The notes beneath the pieces are model-generated. The model saw only the letters and a program-made list of their open reading frames with translations, did not search any database and was not told the DNA's origin. Position numbers and translations under genes: made by a program. From assembly GCF_006345805.1 (NCBI RefSeq), contig NW_021826980.1, forward strand, positions 1 through 11,344: 11,344 nt of DNA. The letters are read 5' to 3'. The DNA is from Octopus sinensis. Its lineage: Eukaryota. The stretch's first letter is position 1, and each line of letters opens with the position of its first letter. Below, piece after piece: positions 1 through 7,695 of this stretch.

Positions 1-213
1 AGACTGTTTTTACCTCAATAGACGTCAGTGATTGGTTGAAATTGCAGAAATTGAAGAAAAAACAACAACAAATATCTTACAAACCATTGAATTTTCTCAA
101 TAAAGCCAAGAGAAAAAGATGTTTTATAAACACATTCTACCAGTATACGAAGTTTAAAATTTCTAGTTACCTAGAAATTTTGTTAAAAACTGCCGGTCAA
201 ACCGAAATGATCC
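1..213. mobile_element. Terminal part of a probable non-autonomous TIR DNA transposon (MITE), cut by the window start
   Basis: Ends in AAAACTGCCGGTCAAACCGAAATGATCC (186-213). This resembles the TIR (GGATCTTTTCGGTTTGAACGGCAGTTTT) of an Octopus repeat I recall. The partner TIR is not in the window. A perfect 11-bp hairpin lies at 156-181. Confidence 0.4.
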
Positions 214-420
214 TTTATCTCCCCGCTAGCGATTAAACAATAGTGTAGTTTGCACCAGAAGCCAATACAAGAGTTTTTCTCATAGTAACTACCGCAGTAT
301 AGTTAGTTCTAATTGAACATCCTGCATTTGAGGTATCTCCTTTACATTATTATAGCGTATCAGGAAGCCGACTACCTCACTGCCATCGACCGACTAATAA
401 AGCAGAAGATTTATCAAATA

Positions 421-818
421 CTCGCAGTATCGCCCAGCGTTGCTCGGGCTTGTTTTCTTTTCGACCCTTTAGAATTGGCATTTTTGAAAAGTAAACATTT
501 TGCATTATGTAGCTTGTTGTTCTCTTTAAGTGAACATTTTTCTGGTTGAAATACACCGAAAAATGGCGACACAGCAGTAAAAAAATCGTAAAAAATAGGG
601 ATTTTCATAGAAAAAAAGCACCTTTTTGATGTAAATAATTTTTGGTGTTAACATGGTCCGATTTGAAGTTTTTCTTCTACGGAAGGAAGAGCAAGCTATC
701 TTCTATCATACTCTCAATTTTGGTCAACTTGCGCCGCAGGGTCTCGGAGGAGATAGTATTAGTTGAAGGCTACCAAACCTGCCATATACAGACAACTTCA
801 GCTTTATATAGAGAGAGA
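421..818 (-). mobile_element. Non-autonomous Helitron (398 bp)
   Basis: On the minus strand it starts A|TC (818-817) followed by TCTCTATATAAAGCTGAAGTTGTCTG. It ends with a GC hairpin (GCCCGAGCAACGCTGGGC, 449-432) about 10 nt before CGAG|T, one mismatch from canonical CTAG|T. It is inserted between A and T with no TSD, as is typical for Helitrons. Confidence 0.7.
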
Positions 819-909
819 TTCATTTCAACAATACCAGTTGGTTACAGGCCATTAAAAACAGGTTACACTCTCCTGAGCAGATTCTAACTTCTGTAGTCAA
901 TGTCCTGTT

Positions 910-1090
910 GTCTGCCGTTACGTTCTGAGTTCAAATTCCGCTGAGGTCGACTTTGCCTTTCATCCTTTCGGGGTCGATAAATTAAGTGCCAGTTACGCAC
1001 TGGGGTCGATGTAATCGACTTAATCCGTTTGCCTGTCCTTATTTTCCCCCTCTATGTTTAGCCCCTTGTGGGTAATAAAGAAATAAGAAA
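910..1090 (+). mobile_element. SINE family A, 5'-truncated alpha2-type unit
   Basis: Has the B-box GTTCAAATTCC, the central GAGGTCGACTTTGCCTTTCATCCTTTCGGGGTCGATAAATTAAGT domain and the tail ...CTCTATGTTTAGCCCCTTGTGGGTAATAAAGAAATAAGAAA. Aligns with the other family A units in the window. Confidence 0.9.
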
Positions 1091-1181
1091 CGGCATGGCA
1101 GTATGTGATAACCTTTTGGGTCGCTCTCTTGATCATATCTGCAACTTTGCGTGAGTACCGTTGTTTGGCTTGGTATCAACT
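1091..1181 (+). repeat. Left copy of a 91-bp non-SINE inverted repeat ('X')
   Basis: Reverse complement of 1621-1711 with 87/91 identity by direct comparison. Confidence 0.95.
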
Positions 1182-1620
1182 GTCTATAACGATCGTCATT
1201 TTTTTGGAGGAGGGGAGGGTGATCTAATGGCGAAGCTTGAGACACTTTCTTTGAGCGTTCGATTCATCCCGCATCTCTTGTTCAACTTGCCAAAAGTGGG
1301 TCACTTGGGAGGCCTGGAGATCAGGAAATCGTAAGATCCAGAGCTGCCGGTATATATCTCCTCACTACACGCCACAGTTGTGCTGGTTGAGAGGAACATA
1401 TCCTCTACACCTGGAGTCTCTTCGCTCGTATGCCATATTTTGCTACCGTATGCAAACGTACAAGTGTTAATGTCGAAACTTTATCGATGCCAGAAAAGAA
1501 ACAACACGCTGAAAATTGGGATGAGTTGTTGAGATCATGCACGTGTACAATCTTCCGCGATTGGTTGTTGCACGTGAGTAAGTGATGCAGAGTCTGACTC
1601 AATTATCTCTGAGTATCCTT

Positions 1621-1711
1621 AGTTGATACCAAGCCAAACAACGGTACTCACGCAAAGTTGCAGATATGATCAAGAGAGCGATCCAAAAGGTTATCACGTG
1701 CTGCCATGCGG
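1621..1711 (-). repeat. Right copy of the 91-bp inverted repeat ('X')
   Basis: Reverse complement of 1091-1181 (87/91). Confidence 0.95.
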
Positions 1712-2121
1712 TTTCTTATTTCTTTATTACCCACAAGGGGCTAAACATAGAGGGGACAGACAAACGGATTAAGTCGATTACATCGACCCCAGTGCGTAAC
1801 TGATACTTAATTTATCGACCCCGAAAGGATGAAAGGCAAAGTCAACCTCGGCGGAATTTGAACTCAGAACGTAGCGACAGGTGAAATACCTATTTCTTTA
1901 CTACCTACAAGGGGCTAAACACAGAGGGGACAAACAAGGACAGACAAACGGATTAAGTCGATTACATCGACCCCAGTGCGTAACTGATACTTAATTTATC
2001 GACCCCGAAAGGATGAAAGGCAAAGTCGACCTCGGCGGAATTTGAACTCAGAACGTAACGGCAGACAAAATGCCGCTTGGCATTTCACCCGGCGTGCTAA
2101 CGTTTCTGCCAGTTCGCTGCC
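1712..2121 (-). mobile_element. SINE family A dimer (alpha1 with tRNA head 2121-1891; alpha2 1890-1712)
   Basis: The minus strand reads GGCAGCGAACTGGCAGAAACGTTAGCACG (A-box region), B-box, central domain and alpha tail, then restarts at GGTATTTC. Flanked by a GCTGCCATG duplication (1700-1708 and 2116-2124). Confidence 0.9.
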
Positions 2122-2529
2122 ATGTCGCTTCTATGCCAAAGGAGACTACTGACACGTTGAAATAAACAATATAAACAAAAGAAACCAACCGGACTGAACC
2201 GCGGCCATGACAAACATCTAGGCGGGTTTACTTGACTTCTCTACGCCCCGGGTCATGTTGCGACGAGGGTCGAGGATTGCATGTGGCCCAAGTATGTGTC
2301 GCTACCGGACACATAAACCTTTGAATCGGTAGCAATGGACAATGGAAACTTCTGGCTTCGCCGGTAAATCGATGTTTGAAGTAACAACTGGATGCGACCT
2401 CTCTACCTTGGTTGTGATAACGAATTGATTTAGCAATCGTTCGTAGCGCTACTTTGTGTCATGGGTCTATTGATGGATCTACCCCCTGTCTACACACACA
2501 CACAATTACAGACTGGAACAATTTTTTGA

Positions 2530-2641
2530 ATCTGTCATATTGTCAATAGAAAATTTTAAAACTTCGAATGGTTATGGAGGTACAGTAGAGTAAAATAGGG
2601 ATCAAAGGGCCCCATAGGTAAAAACTGGTTGAAAACCACAG
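2530..2641 (+). mobile_element. Decayed right end of a hAT/Charlie-like non-autonomous element
   Basis: GGTTGAAAACCACAG (2627-2641) is 13/15 to the Charlie-type terminus GGTTGAGAACCACTG. It is preceded by GGGCCCCATAGGTAAAAA, typical of such subtermini. No left TIR was seen. Confidence 0.45.
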
Positions 2642-2644
2642 GTC

Positions 2645-2885
2645 TATACTTACTCATATGACAGCCGTATTCTTTTTCGTACCCTTTGATTCCCAAATGT
2701 TTTTGGATAGTAATGTACTGTTTTCCTGATGGTGGGCAGAACGCGTTGTCGTGTTGGTGCAGCTGGTTTTTAAATATGTTTTCTGTTAGTTTTATGTGCC
2801 AAAGTGCAAAGTTGTGAGAGGCTCGGCGATGCAATAAATGATGTCTCTTCCTAATCGTACGCCGTGCACATTAAACATCCACATA
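2645..2885 (-). pseudogene. Frameshifted Penelope-like retroelement GIY-YIG endonuclease fragment
   Basis: Minus-strand peptides across frameshifts: CGC..HGVRLGRDIIYCIAE (2845-2822 for DIIYCIAE), HIKLTENIFKNQLHQHDNAF (from 2798), LSKNIWESKGTKKNTAVI* (from 2710). They are colinear with the Penelope/Poseidon pattern CPLxGxCLxxxIIYxA..YIGLTENxFKxRxxxH..F..LSKYIWELK..W. Confidence 0.6.
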
Positions 2886-3100
2886 CACTCAAATGCCTTT
2901 CATGTCTTTGAAATCCGTCTGTTGCGAGAGACATTGTTCAGTTAACAATTGTCCAGTCAGCAACTGGAGCTTCAGCCCAACACAGGGAAGACAAAAATGT
3001 CGTGTGTTGTTGCTGCTACTCATATCAGTATCTGTATTTCAAAGGGCCAGCCTTGTTACATTCTGTGTCATGCTGAATCTTCCTGAGAACTACGTTAGCT

Positions 3101-3326
3101 GAGTTTTGGCAGAATCGTTAGCACGCCGGGCGAAATGCGTAACCGTATTTCGTCTGCCGTTACGTTCTGAGTTCAAATTCCGCCGAGGTCGACTTTGCCT
3201 TTCATCCTTTCGGGGTCGATCAATTAAGTACCAGTTACGCACTGGGGTCGATATAATCGACTTAATCCGTTTGTCTGTCCTTCTATGTCCTCTCTATGTT
3301 TAGCCCCTTGTGGGCAATAAAGAAAT
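3101..3326 (+). mobile_element. SINE family A monomer (tRNA head plus alpha2-type tail)
   Basis: TGGCAGAATCGTTAGCACGCCGGGCGAAATG head, B-box, central domain, tail to GCAATAAAGAAATA. Confidence 0.9.
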
Positions 3327-3460
3327 ATATACGTGTGTATGTATGCATATATTCATGCATGCATCTGTGTATGTCTGTGTGCGTACGTGTGTGTGAGTGT
3401 GTGAGTGTGTGTTGTGTGTGTGTGTGTGTTGTGAGCGCATGCGCGTGCGCATATTTGTGT
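3327..3460. repeat. Compound (TA)/(TG)n microsatellite
   Basis: Visible TG/TATG/GTGA repeats. Confidence 0.9.
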
Positions 3461-3473
3461 AAAAAGGAGTGAA

Positions 3474-3608
3474 AAGACTTGGAAGAGCCGTTGGAACGTC
3501 GGACAAAATGTTTTTGCGGTATTTATTCTGTCTTTCGTCGGTCTCAGTTCGAATACTGCCGTGGTCATCGTCTTTCATCCGTGCGAAGTTGATAAAGTAA
3601 AGTACCAG
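3474..3608 (+). mobile_element. Old, highly diverged relative of SINE family A
   Basis: GGACAAAATGTTTTTGCGGTATTT...CAGTTCGAATACTGCCGTGGTCA..GTCTTTCATCCGTGCGAAGTTGATAAAGTAAAGTACCAG is colinear with the family A head, B-box and central domain. Confidence 0.55.
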
Positions 3609-3731
3609 CCCGGGACTGCGGATTAGCGGGACTGTGGTGAGAACGTTGGAGGAGATACCCTGTGGTGCTTCTTCTGGTGGCTAATTGGGTGCTGAGTTCT
3701 GAACTGACAAAGTTAAGCCGTTGCCAGCTTT

Positions 3732-4001
3732 AACACCAACACCACTACCACTACCACCACCTTCACCATAATGACCACCGTCATCACTACCATCACCTCC
3801 ACCACCGCTACCATCACCACTGCTACCATCACCACTGCTACCATCACCACTGCTACCATCACCAATACCACTACCATCATCACCACTACCACTACCATCA
3901 TCACCACTACCGCTACCATCATCACCACTACTGCTACCATCACCACCGCTACAATTACCACTACCACCGCCGTTACCATCACCATCACCACCACCGCTAC
4001 C
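3732..4001. repeat. Degenerate (ACC/ATC/ACT)n trinucleotide array
   Basis: Includes three exact copies of CCATCACCACTGCTA (3811-3855). It is the source of the Thr- and Val-rich ORFs. Confidence 0.95.
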
Positions 4002-4139
4002 ATGGGCCGTGTATCATTTGCTACTGGGCTGAACAGAAAGGATAAGTTTTAAAAATTTAATTTTCTATTTTACTGACTACCGTAAAATGCAGACTGTCAT
4101 TGCATTGTAAGTGTGCACTATATAAGTAAGTAATGTATA

Positions 4140-4186
4140 CAGGGGTGGACAAAAGTAGGTATACAGTTGTTTAATATGAGTATAAT
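4140..4186 (+). mobile_element. Solo Tc1/mariner-like terminal inverted repeat
   Basis: TA (4138-4139) followed by CAGGGGTGGACAAAAGTAGGTATACAGTTGT. This resembles the CAGGGGTGGGCAAAAGTAGGTTTACAGTTGT MITE end as I recall it. No partner end was found in the window. Confidence 0.4.
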
Positions 4187-4187
4187 G

Positions 4188-4632
4188 AAGGCGGTGGGCT
4201 GGCAGAAACGTTAGCACGCCGAGCGAAATGTTTAGCGGTATTTCGTCTGTCTTTACGTTCTGAGTTCAAATTCCGCCGAGGTCGACTTTGCCTTTCATCC
4301 TTTCGGGGGTCGATTAAATAAGCACCAGTTGCGCACTGGGGTCGATATAGTCGACTTAATCCGTTTGTCAGTCCTTGTTTGTCCCCTCTGTGTGTAGCCC
4401 CTTGTGGGCAGTAAAGAAATAAGAAACGTTAGCACGCCGGACGAAATGCTTAGCGGTATTTCGTCTGCCGCTACGTTCTGAGTTCAAATTCCGCCGAGGT
4501 CGACTTTGCCTTTCATCCTTTCGGGATCGATAAATCAAGTACCAGTTGCGTACTGGGGTCGATGTAATCGACTGAACCCCACCACTCCCTAAAAATTTCG
4601 GGCCTTGTGCCTAGAGTGGAAAAGAATATATT
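4188..4632 (+). mobile_element. SINE family A dimer 'a' (alpha 4188-4426, beta 4427-4632)
   Basis: Full head, alpha tail, restart at AGAAACGTTAGCACG, then the beta tail AAAATTTCGGGCCTTGTGCCTAGAGTGGAAAAGAATATATT. Confidence 0.9.
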
Positions 4633-4641
4633 GGGATGTCT

Positions 4642-5021
4642 AAGGCAGCGAGCTGGGAAACGTTAGCACGCCGGGCGAAATGCCTAGCGGTATTTCGTCT
4701 GCCGCTACGCTCTGAGTTCAAATTCCGCCGAGGTCGACTTTGCCTTTCATCCTTTCGGGGTCGATAAACTAAGTACCAGTTACGCACTGGGGTCGATGTA
4801 ATCGACTTAATCCGTTTGTCTGTCCTTGTTTGTCCTCTCTGTGTTTAGCCCCTTGTGGGTAGTAAAGAAATAGATATTTCGTCTGCCGCTACGTTCTGAG
4901 TTCAAATTCCGCCGAGATCGACTTTGCCTTTCATCCTTTCGGGGTCGATAAATCAAGTACCAGTTGCGTACTGGGGTCGATCTAATCGACTAGTTCCCTC
5001 CCCCAAAATTTCGGGCCTTTG
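4642..5021 (+). mobile_element. SINE family A dimer 'b' (alpha1 4642-4872, beta 4873-5021)
   Basis: Full head, alpha1 tail, restart at GATATTTC, beta tail shortened after GGGCCTTTG. Confidence 0.9.
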
Positions 5022-5102
5022 TATGAGTGTAATGTCTAGGATGGATGTTATGTAGAAGAAGGAGCAGAAACTAAAATTTGCATATTCACTCCTTATTTAT
5101 TT

Positions 5103-5286
5103 AAGACGGCGAGTTGGCAGAATCGTTAACGCGGAAAATGTTTAGTAGCACTGCGTCTGTCGCTACGTTCTGGGGTCAAACGCTGCCGAGGTCGACTTTG
5201 CCATTCGTCCTTCGGTAAAATAAGTACCAGTTGTACACTGGGGCCAATATAATCGACTTAACCCTCCACACCAGAATTGCCGGCCT
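5103..5286 (+). mobile_element. Diverged SINE family A monomer with beta-like tail
   Basis: AAGACGGCGAGTTGGCAGAATCGTTA head, GAGGTCGACTTTGCC domain, tail CCCTCCACACCAGAATTGCCGGCCTT. Abuts the tail of the family B copy. Confidence 0.8.
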
Positions 5287-5554
5287 TTACTCTTTTATTC
5301 TTTTACTGGTTTCAGTCATTTGACTCTGCGGCCATGCTGGGGCACTGCATTTCGTCGAGCAAATCGACCCCAGGACTTATTCTTTGTAAGCCTAGTACTT
5401 ATTCTATCGGTCTGTTTTGCCGAACCGCTAAGTTACGGGGACTTAGACACACCAGCATCGGTTGTCAAGCGATGTTGGGGGACAAAGATAGACACACAGA
5501 CATACACACAGACACACACACACAGACACACACACACACACACACATACACACA

Positions 5555-5588
<34 letters not shown>

Positions 5589-5730
5589 TCTATATATATA
5601 TACGTACATATGATGGAGTTTTTTCAGTTTCTGCTTACCAAATCCACTCACAAGATTTTGGTCGGCCCGAGGCTTATAGTAGAAGACACTTGCCCAAGGT
5701 GCCACACAGTGGGACTGAACCCGGAACCAG
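5287..5730 (-). mobile_element. SINE family B, slightly 5'-truncated, with internal (CA)n/(TA)n tract
   Basis: Reverse complement of 7696-8159, from the B-box region (GGTTCAGTCCCAC) and CCTTGGGCAAGTGTCTT through the (AGTAAAAG)n-like tail. Confidence 0.9.
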
Positions 5731-5751
5731 CGGCTAAAGAACAATAACGGC

Positions 5752-5830
5752 CACGGCGACGACGACGACGACGACGACGACCGACAACGACGGCGACGAC
5801 GGCGACGGCGACGGCGATGACAGCGACCAC
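5752..5830. repeat. (GAC/GGC)n microsatellite
   Basis: GACGACGAC run with GGC/GAT variants. Confidence 0.9.
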
Positions 5831-5989
5831 GTGAATACTTTGCTGAACAACTTGAAACTTGCCATTAAGCAATTAATCAAATGTCGGGCAGATCCGTAGC
5901 CAGACTAATTAATTACTCTATGTGTGGCTTGGTTAATTTTTGAGGTGGGGAGCTCCATATTTTGTTTGTAATTGTAATGTTTTGTAAAA

Positions 5990-6181
5990 CTTGTTTCAGT
6001 CATTGGACTGCGGCCATACTGGGGCCACCGCTTTGAAGGGTTTAGTCGAATAAATAGAGCCAGAATTTATTTTTAAAGTCTGGTACTTATTCTATCAATC
6101 TCTCTTGCCGAACTACTAAGTTAGCGAGACGTAAAAAAAAACAAAAACAAAAACAAACGGTTGTCAAGCGGTGGAGAAAAT

Positions 6182-6186
<5 letters not shown>
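5990..6186 (-). mobile_element. 3' half of a family B-like SINE, ending in its internal (TA)n tract
   Basis: CTTGTTTCAGTCATTGGACTGCGGCCATACTGGGG...GGTACTTATTCTATC..CTCTTGCCGAAC..GGTTGTCAAGCG matches the reverse complement of the family B 3' half. Confidence 0.8.
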
Positions 6187-6244
<58 letters not shown>

Positions 6245-6490
6245 TATATGTATACTGCATACATAACCCACACCCCACACTTGCTTTCCCCACTCTTGCT
6301 TCCCGCACCTCCCAACACTCTCACTCCACACCACACACCACTACACCTTACACCACCACACCACACAACACATCACATCACAACACACCACAACGCACAC
6401 ATCAACACTGACCACTTCCTAGACCCACATTTTCACACCTACACATACACACACGCACATGTCAAGACCACCTGCCCTCTTTCACACGCA
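6186..6490. repeat. (TA)n tract followed by CAC/CA-rich low-complexity DNA
   Basis: About 26 TA units at 6186-6238, then a degenerate CACAC/CACCA tract. Confidence 0.9.
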
Positions 6491-6785
6491 CATATCAACT
6501 CTCTTATACACACGCACGCGCCCCTTCGTTTTGGAATCACCACTACTTTATTATCTCCCCCTCTCCCGAAGCTCTTCTGTGTGACCCTTCTGTCCGGCAT
6601 TCGCCATGATAGATCGCTAGCCACTACACATTCTTTATTTTCTTTTCTCTCCTTGTTTCTTTCTGTGGAAGAGCGTAGGCTCGAAACGTTAGAGACATTT
6701 TCACTTACCGAGCGTTATACTAATACATCTGTTTGTTGTCTACACCACCTGTCTTCGCTTTTGTTTTTTTTGGGTGAATTCTCCC
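6490..6785 (+). mobile_element. Probable Penelope-like element 3' end / pseudo-LTR fragment
   Basis: The peptide INSLIHTHAPLRFGIT resembles the PLE C-terminal LxTxxPxGxN motif. It is followed by a hammerhead-like GAAGAGCGTAGGCTCGAAACGT (6668-6689) and ends at a TA tract. Matches a common Octopus repeat as I recall it. Confidence 0.5.
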
Positions 6786-6789
6786 TATA

Positions 6790-6837
<48 letters not shown>

Positions 6838-6856
6838 ATATATATATTATATATAT

Positions 6857-6909
<53 letters not shown>

Positions 6910-6995
6910 ACATGTGTACGTACGCCGCTGGATATATATATATATATATTATATATATATATATATATATATGATATATATATATATATAATATA
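6786..6995. repeat. (TA)n and (GA)n microsatellites
   Basis: Direct reading. Confidence 0.95.
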
Positions 6996-7158
6996 AAATG
7001 GGACAAGAACGCAAAACATCCGGACAACTAGGTGATACAAAAGGGGACAACAAGGCATCCAGGCAGACGATACAAAAAGACAAGGACGGGTCATTCGAAG
7101 CTTTTTATCCTCAGTCAAGAACCGGATCATCCTCGCAATTTCGGCCGGTTAATCTTGA
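6996..7158 (-). mobile_element. Probable Penelope-derived terminal repeat fragment (second family)
   Basis: The minus strand has GCCGAAATTGCG..CTTGACTGAGGATAAAAAGCTTCGAATG, PLE pseudo-LTR-like motifs, and runs into the TA tract. The family assignment rests on recall. Confidence 0.35.
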
Positions 7159-7164
7159 CGGTTA

Positions 7165-7580
7165 AAATGAAGCACCGAAAACTTCCCTAAACCCGAGCTC
7201 TTAAAAAGAAGGTTATGGTGACTGTTTGGTGGTGTATTGTTGGATCCATCCAGTATTTTTTCTTAAAACCCGGGAAAACCATTTCTGCAGAAACATATTG
7301 CTATTAAATTGCCAAAATGAACGAAAAAATTGCTACTCTTCCTTCCAGACTGGTCAACAGAAGAGGGTCAGTCATTCTTCATGATAATGCTCGACCACAC
7401 GTTTCACTCATGACGCTCCGGGAGTTGAGGGAACTTGGCTACGAAGTTCTTCCCCACCCAGCTTATTCCCCAGACCTTTCTTCTACAGGCGATCACATTT
7501 TCAAGCACCTTGATGGTTTCCTGCGAGAGAAAGATTCCAAAAATCAAATCGGTGCTGAAAGTGCGTTCAAAGAGTTCATT
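7165..7580 (+). pseudogene. Mariner (Hsmar1/cecropia-like) DD34D transposase, C-terminal catalytic fragment
   Basis: EAPKxFPKP..KKVMVTVWW..FLKPGKTISAETYC*..LVNRRGSVILHDNARPHV..LGYEVLPHPAYSPDLSSTGDHIFKHLD. It carries a frameshift and an in-frame TAA, and the third catalytic Asp (PTDY) reads Gly. The N-terminus is missing and it is truncated into (ATT)n. Confidence 0.92.
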
Positions 7581-7641
7581 ATTATTATTATTATTATTAT
7601 AATTATTATTATTATTATAATTATTATTATTATTATTATTA

Positions 7642-7693
<52 letters not shown>
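7578..7693. repeat. (ATT)n microsatellite
   Basis: About 38 nearly pure units. Source of the poly-Ile and poly-Asn ORFs. Confidence 0.97.
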
Positions 7694-7695
7694 GT

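Noticed and set aside
36-236. 66-aa ORF at the window start
   Set aside because: Non-ATG start, AT-rich, lies within a repeat, and shows no recognisable domain.
821-909. Faint similarity of the left flank to the reverse complement of 2125-2170 (ATTTCAAC, TCxGTAGTC)
   Set aside because: Only short gapped matches, indistinguishable from chance without an alignment statistic.
1091-1711. X-spacer-X as a simple 621-bp MITE with 91-bp TIRs
   Set aside because: There is no direct TSD or recognisable terminal motif. The symmetry extends about 180 bp further into SINE sequence, and the TSD at 2116-2124 shows X continues beyond the right SINE.
2336-2386. Minus-strand CYFKHRFTGEARSFHCP as a Gypsy Gag Cys/His motif
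   Set aside because: The spacing does not match CxYHxxFGxxAxxCxxPC, and there is no flanking Gag or protease similarity.
4188-5021. Tandem units as a CRISPR array or a hammerhead retrozyme
   Set aside because: The units are 150-240-bp tRNA-headed SINE monomers with no unique spacers. I found no CUGANGA...GAAA core on either strand of the unit.
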